This document shows, piece by piece, positions 1 to 13,021 of a DNA stretch of 64,000 nucleotides (its first letter is position 1; each line of letters starts with the position of its first letter). Location of the stretch: positions 124,992,001 to 125,056,000 of the forward strand of contig OX597818.1 of the NCBI GenBank assembly GCA_951406725.2, read 5' to 3'. The notes under the pieces were generated by a model. That model was not told where the DNA came from and did no database searches. It saw nothing but the letters and a program-made list of their open reading frames with translations. Both the position numbers and the translations under genes were made by a program. The DNA comes from Octopus vulgaris (Eukaryota).

Positions 1-58
<58 letters not shown>

Positions 59-408
59 ATATATATACTTGCAAATGTGGAAATATATATATATAATATG
101 TGCAAATCTTTGGCTGGGCTCAAGGAGTCATACAAGAGCCTCACATTACATCAACAACGACGCATTTCAGTGATTCTTTCTAGCAGTGACTTTGCACATA
201 TATGAGAAAGCAGCTAAGATATATATATATATGCGGATCTATATCTAGCGTAAGAGCGTCAACATAGTGGATTCTCTCTCCTAGTTGTGTATTAATAATA
301 TTTACTGAATCTCAGTCTTTTTGCGCTAGGCCACTGGTGTTTAAATTGATGTTATTAAATTAATATCCAATTTTTTCACCCTCATTTTGACTATATATAT
401 ATATATAT

Positions 409-708
409 AGGGAGAGTTTACGAAAAAACAAAAGACGAAGACAGGTGGTGTACAAAACAAACAGATGTATTAGTATAACGCTCAGGAATAGAAAAAGTTT
501 TTTACGTTTTGAGCCTACGCTCTTCTACAGAAAGAGACACAGAAAAAAACAATGAGAGAAAAAAAATGTGTGTAGTGGCTAACAATCTATATATATATAT
601 ATATATATAGATTGTTAGCCACTACACACATTTTTTCTCTCCTTGTTTCTCTCCTTGTTTTTTTCTGTAGAAGAGCGTAGGCTCAAAACGTAAAGACTTT
701 CTCTTTTA
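409..708. mobile_element. Penelope-like terminal-repeat fragments in inverted orientation around (TA)n, each with a degenerate minimal hammerhead motif
   Basis: About 499-590 and 610-700 are reverse complements. Motif CTGTAGA-A-GAGC-gtag-GCTC-AAAAC-GTA at 661-696 (+) and 499-534 (-). Confidence 0.6.
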
Positions 709-1646
709 TATATATATATATATAAAGAGAGAAAGAGAGAGAGGCAATTATGTGGATAAATAAATTAGATGCTTCATATATATTAGATATGATAAATTTA
801 AAATATGTATATATGTATAAATGCAAAACGAGAGAAAGCAAAAGGTGGAGACTTTCAGACGATGAATATCTAAGTACAAATATATAGATATTTATATTAA
901 TAAGTCCAACTTACACAGAGTTCAAATGACAGAGAAAATTAAAGAGAGAGAGAGAGAAGGAAGAGAAAGAGAGAGAGAGAGAGAAAGTAGATTGTTTGTT
1001 ATATTTGTCGTGTGTTTTATTTTATTATTGAATTTTCCAATATGTTTCCTTCTTTATTTTTTTATGACATTTTATTCAGTGACAGGTCTACCCTGAAATG
1101 TTACTCTTATCTATGAAAGTTATATTCTTTTTTTTTTATCCCTTTTTATTTATTTATATTTTTTTGGGACATTTTGTTGTGATTTGTTTCCCTTAATCCA
1201 ACTTCTTGATAAGAAGTATATTAGAAGGGAGCGATAAGAGATAAGAACAAGAGGTCATCCTAACAGTTTGTAATTATACAAAATTGATTAGATATGGTAT
1301 CTACTGTAAAAGAGTATATAATTTCCTGATGAATCTACTCAACTGTCATATCACCTCCAACTTGTCATATCACTTATACACCATTTAAAAAATTTTTCTG
1401 CAGTCATTTATATAGAAGAACCAGTGTAGCACCCAACAGAATGCCTTGTAGTGCTTAGTTATGTTTCTTTTCACATTTTGAAGGTAAACCCTTGCACTTT
1501 TTTTTATTTTTAATTTCTTGAAAATAAAAACAAACATAAGAATTCAGAGCTGACATATCTCTGAATGAACCTTGAATTGGATATACCCCTATTATATAAG
1601 CCTACGAGTGAGCCTCTTTGCAGTCATTTTACATGTTAGAAATCTG

Positions 1647-1975
1647 AGACCCCCTTCGGTTACGACACAGACCATGGGATTGCACCTAGAAGGTTACCCT
1701 CCCAGGCACAAGTCCAGGCAAGGTTGTTTATGGAAGACCAGCAGTCGCCCATGCATACCGACCTCCCCTCTCCATACCACTGATGTTATCCAAGAGAAAG
1801 GCAAAGGCTGATACAGCTTGGCACCTGTGATGTCGCAACTCATTTCTACAGCTGAGTGAACTGGAGCAACGTGAAATAAAGTGTCTTGCTCAAGAACACA
1901 ACACACAGCCTGGTCCGGGATTCGAGCTCACAACCTCACAATTGTAAACTCGACACTCTAACCACTGAGCGCCTT
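1647..1975 (-). mobile_element. tRNA-derived SINE (related copies near 33290-33495 +, 63500-63730 -, partial 22405-22515)
   Basis: Dispersed near-identical copies in the window. The minus-strand head has A/B-box-like motifs. Confidence 0.75.
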
Positions 1976-2198
1976 CATGTGTTAGAAATACAAGGGCATA
2001 TATTCCAGATGTGCTAGGTGTGTGCTGCACACCCATTGAAAATGGCAAATTCATTATAAATATTAACCCTACTCATTAATTTAATCACAAATCTTAATGG
2101 AAAACTTTTGTTATACCCCTGAAATTTGGTGGCATTGGGTGTAGCAGCACATCCAATACAACAACCACCATGTGCCATTGTAGAAATAGTAGTTAAGT

Positions 2199-2586
2199 GT
2201 GGAGGCGTAATGGCCCAGTGGTTAGGGCAGCGGACTCGCGGTCATAGGATTGCGGTTTCGATTCCCAGACCGGGCGTTGTGAGTGTTTATTGAGCGAAAA
2301 CACCTAAAAGCTCCATGAGGCTCCGGCAGGGGATGGTGGTGATCCCTGCTGTACTCTTTCACCACAACTTTCTCTCACTCTTACTTCCTGTTTCTGTTGT
2401 ACCTGTATTTCAAGGGGCCGGCCTTGTCACTCTCTGTGTCACGCTGAATATCCCCGAGAACTACGTTAAGGGTGCACGTGTCTGTGGAGTGCTCAGCCAC
2501 TTACACATTAATTTCACGAGCAGGCTGCTCCGTTGATTCGGATCAACCAGAACCCTCACCGTCGTAACCGACGGAGTGCTTCCATC
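2199..2586 (+). mobile_element. tRNA-derived SINE with TSD (same head at 3393, 24102; related at 33989)
   Basis: A box TGGCCCAGTGG, B box GGTTTCGATTCCC. 11-bp TSD AGTAGTTAAGT at 2188-2198 and 2587-2597. Confidence 0.85.
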
Positions 2587-2809
2587 AGTAGTTAAGTCTC
2601 ACTCAAATCACACACAACCATCTTAAAAATGAAAAGAGACATGATAATGTGCTTCCAAATACACCCTGCTTGAAAATAAGATGGGATGGTCATAACTGAA
2701 GTGCTTTTGATCATAGGTCTGCTTGATCTGGACTGATCTGATGCAAGTAATCAACTCAGCAAAGTACCATTTATTCCTATAGAAAACGGTATTCCAAATC
2801 TTTCAATTG

Positions 2810-3320
2810 AGAGTGGTGTCCTTTAAGGCAGATTTTTGGGCCCGGTTCTCTTTTTGTTTTCAAATTAACAATGCTAAAGTTATGTGATAACAATGCCAAA
2901 TTATTTCTAGACTCCAAAATACTATAAATGATGAATAAAAATTTAGTTCATGGGTCAATTCACTTCATGTAAAAATTGCTATGTCCAAATGCAATGTTTT
3001 ATAATTAGGGCATGGTAATATTCACAAATGATAAGGCGGCAAGCTGGCAGAAATGTTAGCATGCCAGGCGAAATGCTTAGCGGTATTTCATCTGTCTTTA
3101 CATTCTGAGTTCAAATCCCGCTGAGGTCGACTTTGCCTTTCATCCTTTCCGGGATCAATAAATTAGGTACCAGTTGTGTACTGGGGTTGATCTAATCGAC
3201 TATCCCTCTCCCCCAAAATTTCAGGCCTTGTGCCTAGAGTAGAAAAGAATATTCACAAATGATACAAACTGGATTCTACTCATTCCATTGTTTCTAGTAT
3301 CAAAGATCAAGGTATAACTG
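2810..3320 (+). pseudogene. Decayed CR1/L2-type reverse transcriptase fragment, interrupted by a SINE
   Basis: ggtgtcctttaaggcagatttttgggcccggttctcttt reads GVLxGRFLGPVLF, matching the RT motif GVPQGSVLGPLLF. Contains stops. Confidence 0.5.
3034..3247 (+). mobile_element. SINE of the most abundant family (head aaggcggcgagctggcagaa, core gaggtcgactttgcctttcatcctttcggggtcgataaa)
   Basis: 17-bp TSD AATATTCACAAATGATA at 3017-3033 and 3248-3264. Many copies, e.g. 3950-4182, 11630-12020, 20055-20275, 22510-23780, 32524-32765, 42730-42955, 50550-50940, 59964-60345. Confidence 0.85.
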
Positions 3321-3346
3321 AGTCTGGTGATTTAAAATTTTTTATT

Positions 3347-3395
<49 letters not shown>

Positions 3396-4689
3396 AGGCA
3401 CAATGGCCTAGTGGTTAGGGCAGCGGACTCACGGTCGCAGGATTGTGGTTTCGATTCCCAGACCGGGTGTTGTGAGTGTTTATTGAACGAAAACACCTAA
3501 AAGCTCCACGAGGCTCCGGCAGGGGGTGGTGATCCCTGCAGTACTCTTTCACCACTCTTTCTCCCACTCTTTCTCCTGTCGGCCTGCTCGCTCAGCCAGC
3601 AGAGTGGCGTCATTCGAAGGCTAAAAAAATGCGAACGCATTGTGACCAGCGATGTGTAACTACATCTGATGGTCTGGTCGGTCACGTGATGATATATATA
3701 TACACACACATGTCATGTATACATACACATATGTATAATTATTAACAACAGAAGCAGTATTACTACCAAAAAGCAATCTTTATATTAAACCTAACATTGA
3801 TGCCAAATACTGCATACTTACCTTGTGAGGACCTTTCATTTAGATGCATGGTGCATAAATGTACACAAAACATCCACATTAAGTTGGATGGACGGACATG
3901 CATGCATACATGCATCCATACATGCATACATACATACATACATACATACCTATTTCTTTACTACCCACAAGGGGCTAAACACAGAGAGGACAAACAAGGA
4001 CAGACAAACGGATTAAGTCGATTACATCGACCCCAGTGCATAACTGGTACTTATTTAATCGACCCCGAAAAGATGAAAGGCAAAGTTGACCTCGGCGGAA
4101 TTTGAACTCAGAACGTAAAGAGAGACGAAATACCACTAAGTATTTCGACCGGTGCGCTAACGTGTCTGCCAGCTCGCCGCCATACATACCTACCTACCTA
4201 CCTACCTACCTACCTACCTACCTACCTACGTACGTACGTACGTACGTACATACGTACGTACATACATACATACCTACATACATACCTACCCACCTAAAAA
4301 ACCCACCCACCCACCTACCTACCTACCTACCTACATACATACATAGCTTTCAATGATGTGATTGTTTTTTTAAATATAAAAATTGGTACATCTTGTTTTA
4401 ACACCTTAGCATTTAAACCAGCCATATCCAGACCTAAATGTTCTACCTGTTTCATCCCCAAACTGGTGAGATCTGGCCTCTCATGGCAACCCTACAATCT
4501 CATTCTAAAGATAAACAATCATTTCACTGAAATCTTGAAGCTATAAGACAATGCATAATTAATTCAAAGCAACATGAATAAATAAACATTACATTTGACT
4601 GAATAATCTGAATTCTAAAGGTTAAAAAACAATTATTTTGTCTTGCCCTTCTTTTTTTTTCTTATTATATCTATAAAATTATTTTTTCT

Positions 4690-5065
4690 AACCAATCCTA
4701 TGACTGGCACCTGGCAGATGCCAGGACCCCTGGACTGGAGATACGTAAAAAGCACTATCCGAATCGTGGCCGATGCCAGCGCCGCCTCGACTGGCTTCCG
4801 TGTCGGTGGCACGTAAAAAGCACCATCCGAATCGTGGCCGAAGCCAGTGCCGCCTCGACTGGCTTCCGTGCAGGTGGCACGTAAGAAGCACCCACTACAC
4901 TCATGGAGTGGTTGGCGTTAGGAAGGGCATCCAGCTGTAGAAACATTGCCAGATAAGACCGGAGCCTGGTGCAGCCTTCTGGCTTCCCAGATCCCCGGTC
5001 GAACCGTCCAACCCACGCTAGCATGGAGAACGGACGTTAAACGATGATGATGATGATGATGATGT
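4690..5065 (+). mobile_element. Non-autonomous retroelement with (GAT)n tail, probably RTE-mobilised (copies 6163-6395 -, 12346-12575 -, 21515-21750 +)
   Basis: Repeated body gagtggttggcgttaggaagggcatccagctgtagaaac, ending gcatggagaacggacgttaaac(gat)n. Internal tandem repeat of about 58 bp. Confidence 0.7.
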
Positions 5066-6553
5066 ATTGAGCAAGTAAATAAAACACCCAACAAAAACAA
5101 AGCACCAGACAGCTTTATTTATAAGTTTCTTTATTGGCCACACAGGGCTGCACACAGATGGGACAAATTACAAGGTAGAGCTTTTCTTTTGGGGGATGAA
5201 AAAAAAAAAAAATTGGCGTAGGTTTTCGATCAAAAGACAGCTTTATTTATGCTACAGTAAACAGTAGGAAAATTATGTCAGAAAAATCTGAAACTTCATG
5301 GCCTAATAACTGATGATATTTGATGAGTCTATACAGTAGGGATTTCAATTGTCAGGATTTAAACCTGCTTACAATTTTTAATTTCATTTTAGGTATTGGT
5401 GGTGGGGTAGAGGGTAGGAAGGATCCAGTTTGAAATTTAAAAAATCTTCTCTTCATGTGGTATGATGCCAATTTTATTAATTATTGTCATTATTGTTTAA
5501 CTCTGCATCAACCTTAACTGAGCAGATTGTATGACAAAAGATGTTACTATTCTGGCTTTAAGTCTTTTTCAAAATGTTAGTTGTGATTAGGGAGAGATCT
5601 AGCTGCTATTTCTTGTAGGTTGAACTTCCATATAAGGCTCTATACTCTTTTTTTACTTCATTTGTTAACTAAATCTCTTTCAAATTGCATCTTAACATTT
5701 TGAAATGGATAAACAAAGCAGATTCATCATGGTTAGACATAGAGCTAAACACACAACAGTTAATAAAATATGTGTGTCATGCCACCATAAAAAGAGATGA
5801 GCTGTGTCAGTTCAGGCAAGGTTCTTCTTTACACCCACCTTCCATTGAAAAATGAAACCTGAAAGAATGTATAATCCCTAACAATTGAAGTTGCTTCTGT
5901 CTAGCACTGATTAAATTTCACAAATTATTGGGTCATAAGATCTCAGATTTTTCTGATGTGGAAACTGATATGACATTTAGGATTTTCCCAATGTTAATCT
6001 ATTGCCAACAACACTATCTGGTAGGACTTTTTAATTGTTCCTTGTTGACACAAACTACCAATAATTTCCTGTAGTCATTTAATTGGATATTAATCGAAGT
6101 ACCAGAAATTATCAGTTATATCTTAACTTGAATGATTACACCGAATTGTAATAAAATATTCATCGTCATCATCATCATTGTTTAACGTCTGTTTTCCATG
6201 CTAGCATGGGTTGGACGGTTCGACCGGGGTCTGGGAAGCCAGAAGGTTGGACCAGGCTCCAGTCTGATCTGGCTGTGTTTCTACAGCTGGATACCCTTCC
6301 TAACGCCAACCACTCCATGAGTGTAGTGGGTGCTTTTTATGTGCCACCGGCACAGGGGCTAGGGAAGGCTGGCAAACGGCCATGATTGGTTGGTGCTTTA
6401 TTATAATAACAAAAATGAAAATATATTTGTATTCATGTATTTGTTTTTGCAAAACTCTTGATGTGAAATTGTGTCGAAACATTTATATTCTGCTAGAGGT
6501 TGGTATAGATAAATTATGCAGCAGAGGTTTAATCAGTGTATTCACATGATGTA

Positions 6554-7795
6554 TTAGGTTGTCAAGTATGAAATTTGTAGAAAAGAAGAAAAAGTTTGCT
6601 AATGTTTTGTAAATACAAGGAATAGTTTTATTCATCAAATTATGCACCCATATTGTCAATACACTTTGGCCATTTCAGCGGTAGCTTGTCCAGCCCAGAA
6701 CTATAAAAGCCTGGCAATCTAGAAACAATAAAATCTTGGAAGGCCTGTTTTACAGTGTCGTTGGAATTAAATTTGTTTCCTTTCAAAAAGTTATCCAAAT
6801 TCTGGAAGAAGTGGTTGTCAGTGGGGGCAAGATCAGGTGAGTATAGTGGATGACGGAGAACTTCAGACTCCAACTCCTGTAGTTTCACGAATGTAATTTT
6901 TGCGATGTGTGGTCTGGAGTTGTCTTGCAATAAAATAGGAATGGATATGTTGACTAATCTAAGCTGTTTCTTTGTAAGTTCCTGCATCATTTGGTCCAGT
7001 TGGCTGCAGTATATTTCAACCATGATTGATGAGCCAGGTTTAATGAAATCATAATGGATCATACCTGCATCTGACCACCAAACACACACCATCAGCTTCT
7101 TTTGATGAATTTTGCTTTTTGGACTCTGTTTTGGTGGCTCATCTTTGTCCAACCATTGTGCGGTTGTTGTATTGGTTCCATTTCTCCTCGCATTACAATT
7201 CGATTAAAAAGTGATTCATTTTTGTGATGAGAAAGTAGCATAATGCAGGCTTCCAAACATTGCTGTTTCTGATTTTAATTGGGTTCATGTGGAACCCACT
7301 TATGCAACTTTTTCACTTTACTGATTTGAACTAGGTGAGTCAATATTGTTTGCTTGCTAACACCAAACAACAACGATAATTCACGGGCACTTTGAGATGA
7401 ATCTGACTTGACGGTGGCTTTCAGTTCATCATTATCCACCTTTGTTTCTGGTTGACCACATTGCTCATTTATGAGGTAAAAGTTACCAGAACGAAATTTT
7501 GCAAACCAGTTTGATACTGTCTGCTGTAGAATGAAATACTCTATTAATATTCTGAGCTGTCTGTGATACTGTATTTCTAAGAAAGAACTCATATTTCAAA
7601 ACTGTACAAATTTCTGACTTATCCATCTCTAAACAAAAACAGCAAAAAATGATTTATAAATACTTTATAAAGTGCAAAATGAGTTAGAATAAAGAAATAG
7701 ATGTGTCAGCTTTCTTACAAAAAATAAGGATTGTCAAAATAATGAGCAGCTTTACCATATACCTTACTACAAATATTGTGTTCTTGATAACCTAA
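6554..7795 (-). mobile_element. Full-length but degenerate mariner (DD34D) transposon
   Basis: TA-flanked TIRs (ttaggttgtcaag / cttgataacctaa), 1242 bp. ORF pieces 7275-7592 (KWVPHE) and 6640-7152 (LLQDNSRPH, HPLYSPDLAPTD) are frameshifted. Confidence 0.92.
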
Positions 7796-7974
7796 TATAT
7801 TCTTTTATTCTTTTACTTGTTTCAGTCATATGACTGTAGCTATGTTGGGGCACTGTCTTGAGGGGTTTTAGTCAAACAAATTGATCTCAGGATGTATTTT
7901 TTTAAAGCCTAGTACTTATCTACTGTGAATTTTGTTTCATTTTGAAAAATAAAAAAAATTCATTTTATGGTTTA

Positions 7975-8371
7975 CTAGCAGTATCGCCCGGCGTTGCTCG
8001 GGTTTGTAAGGGAAATAACTATATAAGCATTTTTAGAGAGTTATAGCCAAAAAATAGCAAAAAAATGCATTAAAAATGGAAAAAAAATGATGGTAAATTT
8101 TTTTTTAAATCGTTGACTCATCGTAGACATTTTTAGAGAGTTACTTCCCTTATATAATAGCGAAAAAATGCATTAAAAAGGAAAAAAATGATGGTAAATT
8201 TTTTTTAAATCGTAGACTCATCATAGACACGCACTAATACCCAGAAGGGCTTGATATGAATCACGACTATAAGATACCCGGTTTTGGTTAAACTGCACCG
8301 CAAAATGTGGGAGTAGTTAGGAATCTAAATCGCAGGAGACAGACACACAACCTTATTTTTATATATAAAGA
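7975..8371 (-). mobile_element. Non-autonomous Helitron-like element
   Basis: Minus strand reads A|TC...hairpin cccgagcaacgccggg...CTAG|T. No TSD. Internal duplication of about 110 bp. Confidence 0.75.
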
Positions 8372-8606
8372 TTAGTGTTTACATTTTGAACCATTTTTAC
8401 ATATCCTTGAGAGCACCAAAACCTTTTAAGTGCTTAGGGCCTCTATGGGTCTTAATCTGGTCCTGCATATGACCCATACCATCATGGAAAATGAATATTG
8501 AATGATGATGATGAATGATGGTGACTACCTTGTAATATTTAGTTACAGCTCTCAGTTCCATCGAGGTTGTCTTTTATCCTTCAGACATCAGTAAAGAACC
8601 ATTTAA

Positions 8607-8826
8607 CCCTTTCATTACCAACCCGACTGAAACCGGCTCTGGATCTGAGTACAAATGTCTTGTTTTCAAACGTTTTGAATTAAAATTTTCCACCAAACCT
8701 TAGTTACAAACTATGTTCCGAACACTAGCTGAATGATAACTAAGTTATTTTACTAAATTCTTTATTATATTTAAAGTAATTGAAAGAAACACAGAGCGTC
8801 TCAAAATAAATACAGTAACGAAAGGG
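8607..8826. mobile_element. piggyBac-type MITE
   Basis: TTAA|CCCTTTCATTAC...GTAACGAAAGGG|TTAA. Older relatives near 4400-4625, 18825-19050 and 20950-21140. Confidence 0.8.
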
Positions 8827-9016
8827 TTAAGTATTGGAATTCATATAATCAACTTTTTCCATTGCCCACTTCTAAAAGCTGCCAAAATTTCTTGCCTTGT
8901 GTCTGAAGAAGAAATAATATAAGTATTATTTTGATTCCATAATAATTTTTGTTCTTTTATGAACTACTCTAGTTTTGAATCCTGTGGATGAGTTTGTGGG
9001 AAATTAGCCTGGCACC

Positions 9017-9092
9017 ATGATTCTACGGCTAAACAAATTGATGTCGGAGCAGTTCCCTCAAGTTGCTACAAAAGTGAATTCTCTACAACCAG
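9017..9092 (+). CDS. ALPK1: ALPK1-like gene, first coding exon (MILRLNKLMSEQFPQVATKVNSLQP+G)
   Basis: ATG in strong context (ggcaccATG) with an in-frame TAG upstream at 9005-9007. Donor CAG|gtaaaa is phase 1 and joins exon 10485 in frame. The sequence is not itself recognisably homologous. Confidence 0.6.
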
Positions 9093-9156
9093 GTAAAACT
9101 AAAATGGAAAATTTATTGTGTGTGTGTGTGCGTGTGTGTGTGTGTACATGCGTGCA

Positions 9157-9575
9157 TACTCTTTACTCTTTACTGTTTTACTTGTTTCAGTCATTTGACT
9201 GCGGCCATACTGGAGCACCGCCTTTAGTCGAGCAAATCGACCCCGGGACTTATTCTTTGTAAGCCCAGTACTTATTCCATCGGTCTCTTTTGCTGAACCG
9301 CTAAGTGACGGCGACGTAAACACACCAGCATCGGTTGTCAAGCAATGCTAGGGAGACAAACACAGACACACAAACACACGCGCATACACACATACATATA
9401 CATACATATATACGACAGGCTTCTTTCAGTTTCCGTCTACCAAATCCACTCACAAGCCATTGGTCGGCCTGGGGCTATGGCAGAAGACACTTGCCCAAGG
9501 TGCCACGCAGTGGGACTGAACCCGGAACCATGTGGTTGGTTAGCAAGCTACTTACCACACAGCCACTCCTGCGCC
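9157..9575 (-). mobile_element. tRNA-derived SINE with internal (TA)/(TG) tract and (AAGAGT)n tail (CORE/OR-type octopus SINE family)
   Basis: Head ggcgcaggagtggctgtgtggtaag...ccgggttcagtccc, tail ggtgctccagcatggccgcagtcaaatgactgaaacaag. Copies at 12781-13810 (split), 14410-14790, 17350-17800, 18318-18723, 26062-26468, 27228-27620, 47975-48360, 49325-49735, 54580-54970, 58792-59320. Confidence 0.85.
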
Positions 9576-9989
9576 TATATATGTATGTTTCATCCTCTAT
9601 ATATGTATGTTTCATCCTCATCATCATCTTTATCACTTCCACCTCCAACATCATCATTGTCATCTTTGCTATAATCACTATTGCAACTACCAAATTTGTC
9701 ATCATCCTTTCCTTCATTACAAGTACCACAGGCAATCATCATTACCACCGACACCCCAACCATCCATGAACACCATCACAACCACCCCACTACATCCACT
9801 ACCTCCACCACCTCTGCCACCACCTTCACCACTGCCACCACCTCCACCACCACTGCCACATCTCCTCCTCTTCCTTAGCATCACCATCCTTGTTTTTTTT
9901 TGTCGTCGTCATCATCATCATCATCAATGTCATAATTGTCATGTTGTCAACAACAGCATCACTGCTGTCCTTGCTGCTGATGTGGCTAT

Positions 9990-10094
9990 AATCACCACCA
10001 CCACCACCACAACAACAACAACAACAACAGCAATAACAAAAAGCCTGTGCCTACTGCTACTACTACTACTACTACTGCTGCCGCTACTACAACA

Positions 10095-10127
<33 letters not shown>

Positions 10128-10224
10128 GCTACTACTACTACCTCCACCACCAGCACTACTGCTGCTGCTGCTGCTACTACTACTACCACTACCACCACCA
10201 CCACCAGCACTACTACTGCTGCTG

Positions 10225-10274
<50 letters not shown>

Positions 10275-10289
10275 GCTGCTGCTGCTACA

Positions 10290-10354
<65 letters not shown>

Positions 10355-10400
10355 TACTACTGCTACTACTACTACTACTACTATTGCTACTACTACTATG
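9990..10400. repeat. (CTA/CCA/CTG)n trinucleotide microsatellite in ALPK1 intron 1
   Basis: Direct inspection. Explains the poly-L/T/V ORFs. Confidence 0.95.
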
Positions 10401-10484
10401 AATATTTTCCTTACCATCACCAGCACCACTTTATCACAGCCACCGTTATTCTTTCTTACCCTTATCACTTCATTTCCTCTTCAG

Positions 10485-10705
10485 ATGATCTACCTGACAA
10501 GCTGAAATCTGCAGTCACTGAGGACAGAAACCGTGATCTGAATATAATGCAGGTGTCATTAGATCTTCTCTCAGAGAATCTCAAAAAATATTTTGAAAAT
10601 GCCTTACAACAACTTTGGCCCTTTATGCCACCAACCATTGTACCAGACATGATGTTTGAAAAGAACCATTTCATCCCCAAACTGTGCCAAGCAGACCTTT
10701 TGTTG
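10485..10705 (+). CDS. ALPK1: ALPK1-like exon 2 (DDLPDKLK...QQLWPFMPP...ADLLL)
   Basis: Acceptor ttcctcttcag|, donor |gtgagt (phase 0). LWPFMP matches human ALPK1 KWPFVP (F61), recalled from memory. Confidence 0.85.
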
Positions 10706-10994
10706 GTGAGTCTGTCAGCGGTTTCTATAAGTTATTCTTCATTATTTACCATTTATTAAGACAATAAAGTAGCAGAATCATTAGCACACCTGGTAAAATG
10801 CTTGGCAGCATTTTGTTCAACTTAATGTTCTGAGTTCAAATTTTGCTGAGGTTGATTTTGCCATTGACCAATTTTTGGGGGTCGATAAAATAAGCACACT
10901 GGGGTCAATGTAAATGATTTATCCCCTGCCCTGAACTTGCTGGCCTTGTGCCAAAATTTGAAATCATCATCATCACCATTATTATTATTATCAT

Positions 10995-11025
<31 letters not shown>

Positions 11026-11033
11026 ATTATTAT

Positions 11034-11566
11034 GTGAGAGAGCAGTGCATGCCATCAAAGTGACACTGGGGTAAAATATACGAAGCCTAGTATACCCATC
11101 ATGACTACCTGTCTGATAAGGGTACACCAGGCACATGCATCACAACCATATGTGTGCGTGACATAGTGATTTCATATCAAGATAAACAGCACATAACATT
11201 GCAGGTGGGGCCCAGTTAGAATTTTCTTCTGGTTGAGTAGCCCATCCTGCTCAAAAGGTCCCTGAATAAGGGTTGTTTAAGGACGTTGAACGAAACACCC
11301 CTGTTTCCAGAGAGGAATTATTTAAACCCCAAAAAATCCCTCTCAACACATGGCTATGATGCTCCCCCCACTACTTCTGCTCGTGATCAGAGATGCACAT
11401 ATCGTCAGCCACTAAGGGACATGCTCAACTGGTTATGGTCAAACAACTGACAAGCAAATCTGTGATATTGAGCAGAATATTTGCTGTAGCCCATCTTTTA
11501 TACCAAGACAAAACAATGCACATGATAACACTTCCAATCATTTAAGATCAAAAGCCATGAGAGCTT
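11034..11566. mobile_element. Element of about 530 bp embedded between (ATT/GTT)n tracts, probably a microsatellite-targeted non-autonomous retroelement
   Basis: Sharply bounded by (ATT)n on both sides, with higher GC and no ORF. Class is inferred. Confidence 0.4.
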
Positions 11567-11588
11567 ATTATTATTATTGTTATTGTTA

Positions 11589-11631
<43 letters not shown>

Positions 11632-12026
11632 GACAGTGATCTGGCAAATTCATTACTGCACTGAGCAAAATGCTTAGCAGCATTTCATCTGTCTTTATGG
11701 TCTGAGTTCAAATTCTGCTGAGATCAACTTTGCCTTTCATCCTTTCAGGGTTGATAAATTAAGTACCAGTGAAACACTGGTGTTGATGTAATCGACTAGC
11801 CCCTCCCCCAGAATTTCAGGCCTTGTGCCTATAGTAAAAAGGATTATTAGTTTTATTATTAATAAGGCGGCGAGCTGGCTGAATTGTTAGCACACTGGAT
11901 GAAATGCTTAGCAGTATTTTGCCCATCCCTACATTCAGAGTTCAAATTCTGCTGAATCGACTTTGCCTTTTATCCTTTTGGAGTCGATAAAATGAGTACC
12001 AGTCAAGCACTAGGGTCAATGTTCTA

Positions 12027-12201
12027 CAGGGTGCACCAGAATTAACTATTTATTTCAGTGAAATTGGACAATTTTTTAAAAATCTCACTTTTATTTATGC
12101 TTATCATAAAACAAAAAACACAATTTTTCAGAATGTAAGGATTTATGAAATGCTGCTAAGCATTTAGCCCAGTGAGCAAACAATTCTGCCAGCTCACTGC
12201 C

Positions 12202-12249
<48 letters not shown>

Positions 12250-12678
12250 GCTTCAAATTTTGACACAAGGCCAGCAAGTTAGGGGCCAGACAGTTATAAA
12301 ATTATGAACAAAATAAGAAATTTATACACTTTTGACATGTATTAATCATCATCATCATCAGCAGCGTTTAACGTCCGCTTTCCATGCTAGCATGGGTTGG
12401 ACGATTTGACTGAGGACTGGCGAACCAGATGGTTGCACCAGGCTCCAATCTTGATTTGGCAGAGTTTCTACAGCTGGATGCCCTTCCTAACGCCAACCAC
12501 TCCGAGAGTGTAGTGGGTGCTTTTATGTGCCACCGGCACAAGGGCCAGTCAGGAGGTACTGGCAACATCCATGGAAAAATCGTGTTTTGTTTTTTTATGA
12601 TAAACATAAATAAAAGTGAGATTTAAAAAAAAATTGTCCAATTTCACTGAAATAAATAGTTAATTCTGGTACACCCTG
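12027..12678. mobile_element. Tc1/mariner-type MITE with TIRs of about 100 bp and SINE-derived interior
   Basis: TA|CAGGGTGCACCAGAATTAACTATTTATTTCAGTGAAATTGGAC..., with the reverse complement ending ...ACACCCTG|TA. Confidence 0.85.
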
Positions 12679-12984
12679 TATATTAAGTAGAACATTCTGA
12701 GGAAACTAATGGAGACCTATCTAAAACATCAGACTTTACCTCTTCTCAGGATTATGTTCAGGATAAATATGTTTGTGGAATACTCTCTTTTACTCTTTTA
12801 CTTGTTTCAGTCATTTGACTGCGGCCATGCTGGAGCACCGCCTTTAATCGAGTAACTTGACCCCGGTACTTAGTCTTTTGTAAGCCCAGTACTTATTCTA
12901 TCAGTCTCTTTTGCCGAACCGCTAAGTGACGTGGACATAAACACACCAGCATTGGTTGTCAAGCAATGCTAGGGGGACAAACAC

Positions 12985-13018
<34 letters not shown>

Positions 13019-13021
<3 letters not shown>

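Noticed and set aside
1403-1483. Possible 5' UTR exon of the ALPK1-like gene (ttttctgcag| ... AAG|gtaaac)
   Set aside because: Splice-like signals only; cannot be supported without transcripts.
2199-2275. tRNA-like sequences (also 3393, 24102, 33989)
   Set aside because: They continue into SINE bodies, one with a TSD, so they are SINE heads and not tRNA genes.
3815-3890. Strong minus-strand donor (AAG|GTAAGT) suggesting a divergent gene
   Set aside because: No acceptor or convincing reading frame upstream; it runs into microsatellite and SINE.
9335-9769. Recurrent ORFs such as ASFSFRLPNPLT...[12 protein letters not shown] and YLIDPERMKGKVDLGGI
   Set aside because: Translations of high-copy SINEs, not genes.
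9607-10505. Long ORFs (264, 158, 152 aa) of poly-L/V/T, and similar ORFs at 30.3-31.2, 34.3-34.9, 39.2-40.4, 42.4-42.9 and 58.1-58.6 kb
   Set aside because: They are translations of microsatellites with no protein-like complexity.
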